From: Eledone cirrhosa
Taxonomy: Eukaryota
DNA length: 64,000 nt
Assembly: GCA_964016885.1 (NCBI GenBank)
Contig: OZ024744.1
Coordinates: 26,970,001-27,034,000 of the forward strand
Direction: 5' to 3'
Below, piece after piece: positions 34,701-47,500 of this stretch (its first letter is position 1; every line of letters begins with the position of its first letter). The notes under the pieces were generated by a model. It was not told the DNA's origin. It ran no database searches and worked only from the letters and a program-made list of their open reading frames with translations. The position numbers were made by a program, and so were the translations under genes.

Positions 34701-37700
34701 ACCAGAAGTCTCCACTGTTACGGCTAGGCATCTCAGTGCATGTGGTGGTAAGAAGGGAGGTAACATTAGGGCCAGGGACACCAGAAGACTCCACTGTTAC
34801 GGCTAGGCATCTCAGTGCGTGTGGTGGTAAGAAGGGAGGTAACCTTAGGGCCAGGGACACCAGAAGTCTCCACTGTTACGGCTAGGCATGTCAGTGCATG
34901 TGGAGGTAAGAAGGGGGGTAACCTTAGGGCCAAGGACACCAGAAGTCTCCACTGCTACGGCTAGGCATCTCAGTGCATGTGGTGGTAATAAGGAGGTAAC
35001 CCTAGGTCCAGGAACACCAGAAGTCTCCACTGTTAAGGCTAGGCATCTCAGTGCATGTGGATGTAAGAAGGGAGGTAACCTTAGGGCCAAGGACACCAGA
35101 AGTCTCCACTGTTACGGCTAGGCATGTCAGTGCATGTGGTGGTAAGAAGGAAGTAACCTTAGGGCCAGGGACACAAAGAAGTCTACACTGCTACGGCTAG
35201 GCATGTCAGTGCATGTGGTGGTAAGAAGGGAGGTAACCTTAGGGCAAGGGACACCAGAAGTGTCCACTGTTACGGCCAGGCATCTCAGTGCATGTGGTGG
35301 TAAGAAGGGGGGTAACCTTAGGGCCAAGGACACCAGAAGTCTCCACTGTTACGGCTAGGCATCTCAGTGCATGTGGTGGTAAGAAGGGAGGTAACCTTAG
35401 GGCCAAGGACACCAGAAGACTCCACTGTTACGGCTAGGCATCTCAGTGCATGTGGTGGTAAGAAGGGAGGTAACCTTAGGGCCAAGGACTCCAGAAGTCC
35501 CCACTGCTACGGCTAGGCATCTCAGTGCATGTGGTGGTAAAAAGGGAGGTAACCTTAGGGCCAGGGACACCAGAAGACTCCACTGTTACGGCTAGGCATC
35601 TCAGTGCATGTGGTGGTAAGAAGGGAGGTAACCATATGGCCAAGGTCATCAGAAGTCACTACTGCTACGGCTAGGCATCTCAGTGCATGTGGTGGTAAGA
35701 AGGGAGGCAACCTTAGGGCCAGGGACACCAGAAGTCTCCACTGTAACGGCTAGGCATCTCAGTGCATGTGGTGGTAAGAAGGGAGGTAAACTTAGGGCCA
35801 AGGACACCAGAAGTCTCCACTGTTACGGCTAGGCATCTCAGTGCATGTGGTGGTAAGAAGGGAGGTAACCTTAGGGCCAAGGACACCAGAAGTCCCCACT
35901 GCTACGGCTAGGCATCTCAGTGCATGTGGTGGTAAGAAAGGAGGTAACCTTAGGACCAGGGACACCAGAAGACTTCACTGTTACGGCTAGGCATCTCGGT
36001 GCATGTGGTGGTAAGAAGGGAGTTAACCTTATGGGCCAAGGACAGCAGAAGTCTCCACTGCTACGGCGAGGCATCTCAGTGCATGTGGTGGTAAGAAGGG
36101 GGGTAACCTTAGGGCCAAGGACACCAGAAGTCTCCACTGCTACGGCTAGGCATCTTAGTGCATGTGGTGGTAATAAGGGAGGTAACCCTAGGTCCAGGAA
36201 CACCAGAAGTCTCCACTGTTAAGGCTAGTCATCTCAGTGCATGTGGATGTAAGAAGGGAGGTAACCTTAGGGCCAAGGACACCAGAAGTCTCCACTGCTA
36301 CCGCTAGGCATCTCAGTGCATGTGGTGGTAAGGAGGGAGGTAACCTTAGGGCCAGGGACACCAGAAGTCTCCACTGTTACGGCTAGGCATGTCAGTGCAT
36401 GTGGTGGTAAGAAGGAAGTAACCTTAGGGCCAGGGACACAAAGAAGTCTACACTGCTACGGCTAGGCATGTCAGTGCATGTGGTGGTAAGAAGGGAGGTA
36501 ACCTTAGGGCAAGGGACACCAGAAGTGTCCACTGTTACGGCCAGGCATCTCAGTGCATGTGGTGGTAAGAAGGGGGGTAACCTTAGGGCCAAGGACACCA
36601 GAAGTCTCCACTGTTACGGCTAGGCATCTCAGTGCATGTGGTGGTAAGAAGGGAGGTAACCTTAGGGCCAAGGACACCAGAAGACTCCACTGTTACGGCT
36701 AGGCATCTCAGTGCATGTGGTGGTAAGAAGGGAGGTAACCTTAGGGCCAAGGACTCCAGAAGTCCCCACTGCTACGGCTAGGCATCTCAGTGCATGTGGT
36801 GGTAAAAAGGGAGGTAACCTTAGGGCCAGGGACACCAGAAGACTCCACTGTTACGGCTAGGCATCTCAGTGCATGTGGTGGTAAGAAGGGAGGTAACCAT
36901 ATGGCCAAGGTCATCAGAAGTCACCACTGCTACGGCTAGGCATCTCAGTGCATGTGGTGGTAAGAAGGGAGGCAACCTTAGGGCCAGGGACACCAGAAGT
37001 CTCCACTGTAACGGCTAGGCATCTCAGTGCATGTGGTGGTAAGAAGGGAGGTAAACTTAGGGCCAAGGACACCAGAAGTCTCCACTGTTACGGCTAGGCA
37101 TCTCAGTGCATGTGGTGGTAAGAAGGGAGGTAACCTTAGGGCCAAGGACACCAGAAGTCCCCACTGCTACGGCTAGGCATCTCAGTGCATGTGGTGGTAA
37201 GAAAGGAGGTAACCTTAGGACCAGGGACACCAGAAGACTTCACTGTTACGGCTAGGCATCTCGGTGCATGTGGTGGTAAGAAGGGAGGTAACCTTATGGG
37301 CCAAGGACAGCAGAAGTCTCCACTGCTACGGCGAGGCATCTCAGTGCATGTGGTGGTAAGAAGGGGGGTAACCTTAGGGCCAAGGACACCAGAAGTCTCC
37401 ACTGCTACGGCTAGGCATCTTAGTGCATGTGGTGGTAATAAGGGAGGTAACCCTAGGTCCAGGAACACCAGAAGTCTCCACTGTTAAGGCTAGTCATCTC
37501 AGTGCATGTGGATGTAAGAAGGGAGGTAACCTTAGGGCCAAGGACACCAGAAGTCTCCACTGCTACCGCTAGGCATCTCAGTGCATGTGGTGGTAAGGAG
37601 GGAGGTAACCTTAGGGCGAGGGACACCAGAAGACTCCACTGTTACGGCTAGGCATCTCAGTGCATGTGGTGGTAATATGGAGGTAACCATATGGCCAAGG

Positions 37701-39700
37701 TCACCAGAAGTCACCACTGCTACGGCTAGGCATCTCAGTGCATGTGGTGGTAAGAAGGGAGGTAACCTTAGGACCATGGACACCAGAAGACTCCACTGTT
37801 ACGGCTAGGCATCTCAGTGCATATGGTGGTAAGAAGGGAGGTAACCATATGGCCAAGGTCACCAGAAGTCACCACTGCTACGGCTAGGCATCTCAGTGCA
37901 TGTGGTGGTAAGAAGGGAGGTAACCTTAGGGCCAGGGACACCAGAAGTCCCCACTGTTACGGCTAGGCATCTCAGTGCATGTGGTGGTAAGAAAGGAGGT
38001 AACCTTAGGGCAAGGGACACCAGAAGTCTCCACTGTTACGGCTAGGCATCTCAGTGCATGTGGTGGTAACAAGGGAGGTAACCTTAGGGCCAGGGACACC
38101 AGAAGACTCCGCTGTTACGGCTAGTCATCTCAGTGCATCTGGTGGTAAGAAGGGAGGTAACCTTAAGGCCAGGGACACCAGAAGTCTCCACTGTTACGGC
38201 TAGGCATGTCAGTGCATGTGGTGGTAAGAAGGGAGGTAACCTTAGGGCCAGGGACACCAGAAGTCACCACTGTTACGGCTAGGCATCTCAGTGCATGTGG
38301 TGGTAAGAAGAGAGGTAACCTTAGGGCCAAGGACACCAGAAGACTCCACTGTTACGGCTAGGCATCTCAGTGCATGTGGTGGTAAGAAGGGAGGTAACCT
38401 TAGGGCCAAGGAAACCAGAAGTCTCCACTGCTACCACTAGGCATCTCAGTGCATGTGGTGGTAAGGAGGGAGGTAACCTTAGGGCCAGGGACACCAGAAG
38501 ACTCCACTGTTACGGCTAGGCATCTCAGTGCATGTGGTGGTAAGAAGGGAGGTAACCATATGGCCAAGGTCACCAGAAGTCACCACTGCTACGGCTAGGC
38601 ATCTCAGTGCATGTGGTGGTAAGAAGGGAGGTAACCTTAGGGCCAGGGACACCAGAAGTCTCCACTGTAACGGCTAGGCATCTCAGTGCATGTGGTGGTA
38701 AGAAGGGAGGTAAACTTAGGGCCAAGGACACCAGAAGTCTCCACTGTTACGGCTAGGCATCTCAGTGCATGTGGTGGTAAGAAGGGAGGTAACCTTAGGG
38801 CCAAGGACACCAGAAGTCCCCACTGCTACGGCTAGGCATCTCAGTGCATGTGGTGGTAAGAAAGGAGGTAACCTTAGGGCCAGGGACACCATAAGTCTCC
38901 ACTACTACGGCTAGGCATCTCAGTGCATGTGGTGGTAAGAAAGGAGGTAACCTTAGGGCCAGGGACACCAGAAGACTTCACTGTTACGGCTAGGCATCTC
39001 AATGCATGTGGTGGTAAGAAGGGAGGTAACCTTATGGGCCAAGGACAGCAGAAGTATCCACTGCTACGGCGAGGCATCTCAGTGCATGTGGTGGTAAGAA
39101 GGGGGGTAACCTTAGGGCCAAGGACACCAGAAGTCTCCACTGTTACGGCTAGGCATCTCAGTGCATGTGAATGTAAGAAGGGAGGTAACCTTAGGGCCAA
39201 GGACACCAGAAGTCTCCACTGTTACGGCTAGGCATGTCAGTGCATGTGGTGGTAAGAAGGAAGTAACCTTAGGGCCAGGGACACCAGAAGTCTCCACTGC
39301 TACGGCTAGGCATCTCAGTGCATGTGGTGGTAAGAAGGGAGGTAACCTTAGGGCCAGGGACACCAGAAGTCTCCACTGTTACGGACAGGCATCTCAGTGC
39401 ATGTGGTGGTAAGAAGGGGGGTAACCTTAGGGCCAAGGACACCAGAAGTCTCCACTGTTACGGCTAGGCATCTCAGTGCATGTGGTGGTAAGAAGGGAGG
39501 TAACCTTAGGGCCAAGGACACCAGAAGACTCCACTGTTACGGCTAGGCATCTCAGTGCATGTGGTGGTAAGATGGGAGGTAACCTTAGGGCCAAGTACAC
39601 CAGAAGTCTCCACTGCTACCGCTAGGCATCTCAGTGCATGTGGTGGTAAGGAGGGAGGTAACCTTAGGGACAGGGACACCAGAAGACTCCACTGTTCCGG
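31760..39700 (+). repeat. 73-monomer (5766-bp offset) duplication: about 31760..33930 recurs at about 37526..39700
   Basis: ORF pairs 31766/37532, 33108/38874 and 33346/39112 differ by 5766. Shared GGTAATWTGG deletion monomer, CACCATAAG..ACTACTAC and GTGAATG variants. Confidence 0.88.
35091..37617 (+). repeat. Tandem 16-monomer (1265-bp) duplication
   Basis: ORF pairs 35127/36392 and 35871/37136. Shared ACACAAAGAAGTCTACAC, GGTCATCAG, GGCAACC and CATCTTAG variants, with only a few differences (e.g. AGTTAAC at 36021 vs AGGTAAC). Confidence 0.92.
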
Positions 39701-41554
39701 CTAGGCATCTCAGTGCATGTGGTGGTAAGAAGAGAGATAACCTTGGGGCCAGGGACACCAGAAGTCTCCACTGTTACGGCTAGGCATCTAAGTGCATGTG
39801 GTGGTAAGAAGGGAGGTAACCTTAGGGCCAGGGACACCAGAAGTCTCCACTGTTACGGCTAGGCATCTCAGTGCATGTGGTGGTAAGAATGGAGGTAACA
39901 TTAGGGCCAGGGACACCAGAAGACTCCACTGTTACGGCTAGGCATCTCAGTGCGTGTGGTGGTAAGAAGGGAGGTAACCTTAGGGCCAGGGACACCAGAA
40001 GTCTCCACTGTTACGGCTAGGCATGTCAGTGCATGTGGAGGTAAGAAGGGTGGTAACCTTAGGGCCAAGGACACCAGAAGTCTCCACTGCTACGGCTAGG
40101 CATCTCAGTGCATGTGGTGGTAATAAGGAGGTAACCCTAGGTCCAGGAACACCAGAAGTCTCCACTGTTAAGGCTAGGCATCTCAGTGCATGTGGATGTA
40201 AGAAGGGAGGTAACCTTAGGGCCAAGGACACCAGAAGTCTCCACTGTTACGGCTAGGCATGTCAGTGCATGTGGTGGTAAGAAGGAAGTAACCTTAGGGC
40301 CAGGGACACAAAGAAGTCTACACTGCTAGGGCTAGGCATGTCAGTGCATGTGGTGGTAAGAAGGGAGGTAACCTTAGGGCAAGGGACACCAGAAGTGTCC
40401 ACTGTTACGGCCAGGCATCTCAGTGCATGTGGTGGTAAGAAGGGGGGTAACCTTAGGGCCAAGGACACCAGAAGTCTCCACTGTTACGGCTAGGCATCTC
40501 AGTGCATGTGGTGGTAAGAAGGGAGGTAACCTTAGGGCCAAGGACACCAGAAGACTCCACTGTTACGGCTAGGCATCTCAGTGCATGTGGTGGTAAGAAG
40601 GGAGGTAACCTTAGGGCCAAGGACTCCAGAAGTCCCCACTGCTACGGCTAGGCATCTCAGTGCATGTGGTGGTAAGAAGGGAGGTAACCTTAGGGCCAGG
40701 GACACCAGAAGACTCCACTGTTACGGCTAGGCATCTCAGTGCATGTGGTGGTAAGAAGGGAGGTAACCATATGGCCAAGTTCATCAGAAGTCACCACTGC
40801 TACGGCTAGGCATCTCAGTGCATGTGGTGGTAAGAAGGGAGGCAACCTTAGGGCCAGGGACACCAGAAGTCTCCACTGTAACGGCTAGGCATCTCAGTGC
40901 ATGTGGTGGTAAGAAAGGAGGTAACCTTAGGGCCAGGGACAGCATACGTCTCCACTACTACGGCTAGGCATCTCAGTGCATGTGGTGGTAAGAAAGGAGG
41001 TAACCTTAGGACCAGGGACACCAGAAGACTTCACTGTTACGGCTAGGCATCTCGGTGCATGTGGTGGTAAGAAGGGGGGTAACATTATGGGCCAAGGACA
41101 GCAGAAGTCTCCACTGCTACGGCGAGGTATCTCAGTGCATGTGGTGGTAAGAAGGGGGGTAACCTTAGGGCCAAGGACACCAGAAGTCTCCACTGTTACG
41201 GCTAGGCATCTCAGTGCATGTGAATGTAAGAAGGGAGGTAACCTTAGGGCCAAGGACACCAGAAGTCTCCACAGTTACGGCTAGACATCTCAGTGCATGT
41301 GGTGGTAAGAAGGGAGGTAACCTTAGGGCCAGGAACACCAGAAGTCTCCACTGTTACGGACAGGCATCTCAGTGCATGTGGTGGTAAGAAGGGGGGTAAC
41401 CTTAGGGCCAAGGACACCAGAAGTCTCCACTGTTACGGCTAGGCATCTCAGTGCATGTGGTGGTAAGAAGGGAGGTAACCTTAGGGCCAAGGACACCAGA
41501 AGACTCCACTGTTACGGCTAGGCATCTCAGTGCATGTGGTGGTAAGAAGGGAGG

Positions 41555-44500
41555 TAACATTATGGGCCAAGGACAGCAGAAGTCTCCACTGCTACGGCGA
41601 GGCATCTCAGTGCATGTGGTGGTAAGAAAGGAGGTAACCTTAGGGCCAAGGACACCAGAAGCCTCCACTGTTACGACTAGGCATGTCAGTGCATGTGGTG
41701 GTAAGAAAGCAGGTAACCTTAGGGCCAGGGACACCAGAAGTCTCCACTGCTACGGCTAGGCATGTCAGTGCATGTGGTGGCAAGAAAGGTGGTAAACTTA
41801 GGGCCAGGGACACCAGAAGTCTCCACTGCTACGGCTAGGCATCTCAGTGCATGTGGTGGTAAGAAGGGTGGTAACATTAGGGCCAGGGACACCAGAAGAC
41901 TCCACTGTTACGGCTAGGCATCTCAGTGCATGTGGTGGTAGGAAGGGAGGTAACCTTAGGGCCAGGGACACCAGAAGTCTCCACTGTTACGGCTAGGCAT
42001 GTCAGTGCATGTGGAGGTAAGAAGGGGGGTAACCTTAGGGCCAAGGACACCAGAAGTCTCCACTGCTACGGATAGGCATCTCAGTGCATGTGGTGGTAAT
42101 AAGGGAGGTAACCTTAGGTCCAGGAACACCAGAAGTCTCCACTGTTAAGGCCAGGCATCTCAGTGCATGTGGATGTAAGAAGGGAGGTAACCTTAGGGCC
42201 AAGGACACCAGAAGTCGCCACTGTTACGGCTAGGCATGTCAGTGCATGTGGTGGTAAGAAGGAAGTAACCTTAGGGCCAGGGACACCAGAACTCTCCACT
42301 GCTACGGCTAGGCATGTCAGTGCATGTGGTGGTAAGAAGGGAGGTAACCTTAGGGCCAGGGACACCAGAAGACTCCACTGTTACGGCTAGGCATCTCAGT
42401 GCATGGGGTGGTAAGAAGGGAGGTAACCATATGGCCAATGTCACCAGAAGTCACCACTGCTACGGCTAGGCATCTCAGTGCATGTGGTTGTAAGAATGGA
42501 GGTAACCTTAGGACCATGGACACCACAAGACTCCACTGTTACGGCTAGGCATCTCAGTGCATGTGGTGATGAGAAGGGAGGTAACATTAGTGCCAGGGAC
42601 ACCAGATGTCCCCACTGTTACGGCTAGGAATCTCAGTGCATGTGGTGGTAAGAAAGGAGGTAACCTTAGGGCCAAGGACACCAGAAGTCTGCACTGTTAC
42701 GGCTAGGCATCTCAGTGCATGTGGTGGTAAGAAGGGAGGTAACCTTAGGGCCAAGGACTCCAGAAGTCCCCACTGCTACGGCTAGGCATCTCAGTGCATG
42801 TGGTGGTATGAAGGGAGGTAACCTTAGGGCCAGGGACACCAGAAGTCTCCACTGTTACGGCTAGGCATCTCAGTGCATGTGGTGGTAAGAAGGGAGGTAA
42901 CCTTAGGGCCAGGGACACCAGAAGTCTTCAGTGTTACGGCTAGGCATCTCAGTGCATGTGGTGGTACGAAGGGAGGTAACCTTAGGGTTTGGGACACCAG
43001 AAGTCTTCACTGCTACGGCCAGGCATCTCAGTGCATGTGGTGGTAAGAAGGGAGGTAACCTTAGGGCCAGGGACACCAGAAGTCTCCACTGTTACGGCTA
43101 GGCATCTCAGTGCATGTGGTGGTAAGAATGGAGGTAACCTTAGGGCCAGGGACACCAGAAGTCTCCACTGCTACGGCTAGGCATCTCAGTGTATGTGGTG
43201 GTAAGGAAGGAGGTAACCTTAGGGCCAGGGACACCAGAAGTCTCCACTGCTACGGCTAGGCATCTCAGTGCATGTGTTGGTAAGAAGGAAGTAACTTTAG
43301 GGCCAAGGACACCAGAAGTCTTCAATGTTACGGCTAGGCATATCAGTGCATGTGGTGGTAAGAAGGGAGGTAACCTTAGGGCCAGGGACACCAGAAGTCT
43401 CCACTGCTACGGCTAGGCATCTCAGTGCATGTGGTGGTAAGAAGGAAGTAACCTTAGGGCCAAGGACACCAGAAGTCTCCACTGTTACGGCTAGGCATCT
43501 CAATTCATGTGGTGGTAAGATGGGAGGTAACCTTAGGGCCATGGACACCAGAAGTCTCCACTGCTACGGCTAGGCATCTCAGTGCATGTGGTGGTATGAA
43601 GGAAGTAACCTAAGGGCCAAGGACACCAGAAGTCTCCACTGTTACGGCTAGGCATGTCAGTGCATGTGGTGGTAAGAAAGAAGGTAACCTTAGGGTCAGG
43701 GACACCAGAAGTCTCCACTGCTACGGCTAGGCATCTCAGTGCATGTGGTGGTAAGAAAGGAGGTAACCTTAGGGCCAGGGACACCAGAAGTTTCCACTGC
43801 TACGGCTAGGCATCTCAGTGCATGTGGTGGTAAGAAGGAAGTAACCTTAGGGCCAAGGACACCAGAAGTCTTCACTGTCACGGCTAGGCATATCAGTGCA
43901 TGTGGTGGTAAGAAGCGAGGTAACCTTAGGGACAGGGACACCAGACGTCTCCACTGTTACGGCTAAGCATCTCAGTGCATGTGGTGGTAAGAAGGGAGGT
44001 AACCTTAGGGCCAGGGACACCAGAAGACTCCACTGTAACGGCTAGGCATCTCAGTGCATGTGGTGGTAAGAAGGGAGGTAACCTTAGGGCCAGGGACACC
44101 AGAAGTCTCCTCTGTTACGGCTAGGCATGTCAGTGCATGTGGTGGTAAGAAGGAAGTAACCTTAGGGCCAGGGACACCAGAAGTCTCCACTGCTACGGCT
44201 AGGCATGTCAGTGCATGTGGTGGTAAGAAGGGAGGTAACCTTAGGGCCAGTGACACCAGAAGTGTCCACTGTTACGGCCAGGCATCTCAGTGCATGTGCT
44301 GGTAAGAAGAGGGGTAACATTATGGGCCAAGGACAGCAGAAGTCTCCACTGCTACGGCGAGGCATCTCAGTGCATGTGGTGGTAAGAAAGGAGGAAACCC
44401 TAGGGCCAAGGACACCAGAAGCCTCCACTGTTACGACTAGGCATGTCAGTGCATGTGGTGGTAAGAAAGCAGGTAACCTTAGGGCCAGGGACACCAGAAG

Positions 44501-47500
44501 TCTCCACTGCTACGGCTAGGCATGTCAGTGCATGTGGTGGCAAGAAAGGTGGTAAACTTAGGGCCAGGGACACCAGAAGTCTCCACTGCTACGGCTAGGC
44601 ATCTCAGTGCATGTGGTGGTAAGAAGGGAGGTAACATTAGGGCCAGGGACACCAGAAGACTCCACTGTTACGGCTAGGCATCTCAGTGCATGTGGTGGTA
44701 AGAAGGGAGGTAACCTTAGGGCCAGGGACACCAGAAGTCTCCACTGTTACGGCTAGGCATGTCAGTGCATGTGGAGGTAAGAAGGGGGGTAACCTTAGGG
44801 CCAAGGACACCAGAAGTCTCCACTGCTACGGCTAGGCATCTCAGTGCATGTGGTGGTAATAAGGGAGGTAACCTTAGGTCCAGGAACACCAGAAGTCTCC
44901 ACTGTTAAGGCCAGGCATCGCAGTGCATGTGGATGTAAGAAGGGAGGTAACCTTAGGGCCAAGGACACCAGAAGTCTCCACTGTTACGGCTAGGCATGTC
45001 AGTGCATGTGGTGGTAAGAAGGAAGTAACCTTAGGGCCAGGGACACCAGAACTCTCCACTGCTACGGCTAGGCATGTCAGTGCATGTGGTGGTAAGAAGG
45101 GAGGTAACCTTAGGGCCAGGGACACCAGAAGACTCCACTGTTACGGCTAGGCATCTCAGTGCATGGGGTGGTAAGAAGGGAGGTAACCAAATGGCCAAGG
45201 TCACCAGAAGTCACCACTGCTACGGCTAGGCATCTCAGTGCATGTGGTTGTAAGAAGGGAGGTAACCTTAGGAACATGGACACCAGAAGACTCCACTGTT
45301 ACGGCTAGGCATCTCAGTGCATGTGGTGGTAAGAAGGGAGGTAACCTTAGGGCCAGGGACACCAGATGTCCCCACTGTTACGGCTAGGAATCTCAGTGCA
45401 TGTGGTGGTAAGAAAGGAGGTAACCTTAGGGCCAAGGACACCAGAAGTCTGCACTGTTACGGCTAGGCATCTCAGTGCATGTGGTGGTAAGAAGGGAGGT
45501 AACCTTAGGGCCAAGGACTCCAGAAGTCCCCACTGCTACGGCTAGGCATCTCAGTGCATGTGGTGGTAAGAAGGGAGGTAACCTTAGGGCCAGGGACACC
45601 AGAAGTCTCCACTGTTACGGCTAGTCATCTCAGTGCATGTGGTGGTAAGAAGGGAGGTAACCTTAGGGCCAGGGACACCAGAAGTCTTCACTGTTACGGC
45701 TAGGCATCTCAGTGCATGTGGTGGTACGAAGGGAGGTAACCTTAGGGTTTGGGACACCAGAAGTCTTCACTGCTACGGCCAGGCATCTCAGTGCATGTGG
45801 TGGTAAGAAGGGAGGTAACCTTAGGGCCAGGGACACCAGAAGTCTCCACTGTTACGGCTAGGCATCTCAGTGCATGTGGTGGTAAGAATGGAGGTTACCT
45901 TAGGGCCAGGGACACCAGAAGTCTCCACTGTTACGGCTAGGCATGTCAGTGCATGTGGTGGTAAGAAAGGAGGTAACCTTAGGGCCAGGGACACCAGAAA
46001 TCTCCACTGCTACGGCTAGGCATCTCAGTGTATGTGGTGGTAAGAAAGGAGGTAACCTTAGGGCCAGGGACACCAGAAGTCTCCACTGCTACGGCTAGGC
46101 ATCTCAGTGCATGTGGTGGTAAGAAGGAAGTAACTTTAGGGCCAAGGACACCAGAAGTCTTCAATGTTACGGCTAGGCATATCAGTGCATGTGGTGGTAA
46201 GAAGGGAGGTAACCTTAGGGCCAGGGACACCAGAAGTCTCCACTGCTACGGCTAGGCATCTCAGTGCATGTGGTGGTAAGAAGGAAGTAACCTTAGGGCC
46301 AAGGACACCAGAAGTCTCCACTGTTACGGCTAGGCATCTCAGTGCATGTGGTGGTAAGATGGGAGGTAACCTTAGGGCCATGGACACCAGAAGTCTCCAC
46401 TGCTACGGCTAGGCATCTCAGTGCATGTGGTGGTAAGAAGGAAGTAACCTAAGGGCCAAGGACACCAGAAGTCTCCACTGTTACGGCTAGGCATGTCAGT
46501 GCATGTGGTGGTAAGAAAGGAGGTAACCTTAGGGTCAGGGACACCAGAAGTCTCCACTGCTACGGCTAGGCATCTCAGTGCATGTGGTGGTAAGAAAGGA
46601 GGTAACCTTAGGGCCAGGGACACCAGAAGTTTCCACTGCTACGGCTAGGCATCTCAGTGCATGTGGTGGTAAGAAGGAAGTAACCTTAGGGCCAAGGACA
46701 CCAGAAGTCTTCACTGTCACGGCTAGGCATATCAGTGCATGTGGTGGTAAGAAGGGAGGTAACCTTAGGGACAGGGACACCAGATGTCTCCACTGTTACG
46801 GCTAAGCATCTCAGTGCATGTGGTGATAAGAAGGGAGGTAAACTTAGGGCCAGGGACACCAGAAGAGTCCACTGTTACGGCTAGGCATCTCAGTGCATGT
46901 GGTAGTAATAAGGGAGGTAACCTTAGGGCCAGGGACACCAGAAGTCTCCTCTGTTACGGCTAGGCATGTCAGTGCATGTGGTGGTAAGAAGGAAGTAACC
47001 TTAGGGCCAGGGACACCAGAAGTCTCCACTGCTACGGCTAGGCATGTCAGTGCATGTGGTGGTAAGAAGGGAGGTAACCTTAGGGCCAGTGACACCAGAA
47101 CTCTCCACTGTTACGGCCAGGCATCTCAGTGCATGTGGTGGTAAGAAGAGGGGTAACCTTAGGGCCAAGGACACCAGCAGTCTCCACTGTTACGGCTAGG
47201 CATCTCAGTGCATGTGGTGGTAAGAACGGAGGTAACCTTAGGGCCAGGGACACCAGAAGACTCCACTGTTACGGCTAGGCATCTCAGTGCATGTGGTGGT
47301 AAGAAGGGAGGTAACCTTAGTGCCAGGGACACCAGATGTCCCCACTGTTACGGCTAGGAATCTCAGTGCATGTGGTGGTAAGAAAGGAGGTAACCTTAGG
47401 GCCAGGGACACCAGAAGTCTCCACTGTTACGGCTAGGCATCTCAGTGCATGTGGTGGTAAGAAGGGAGGTAACCTTAAGGCCAGGGACACCAGAAGTCTT

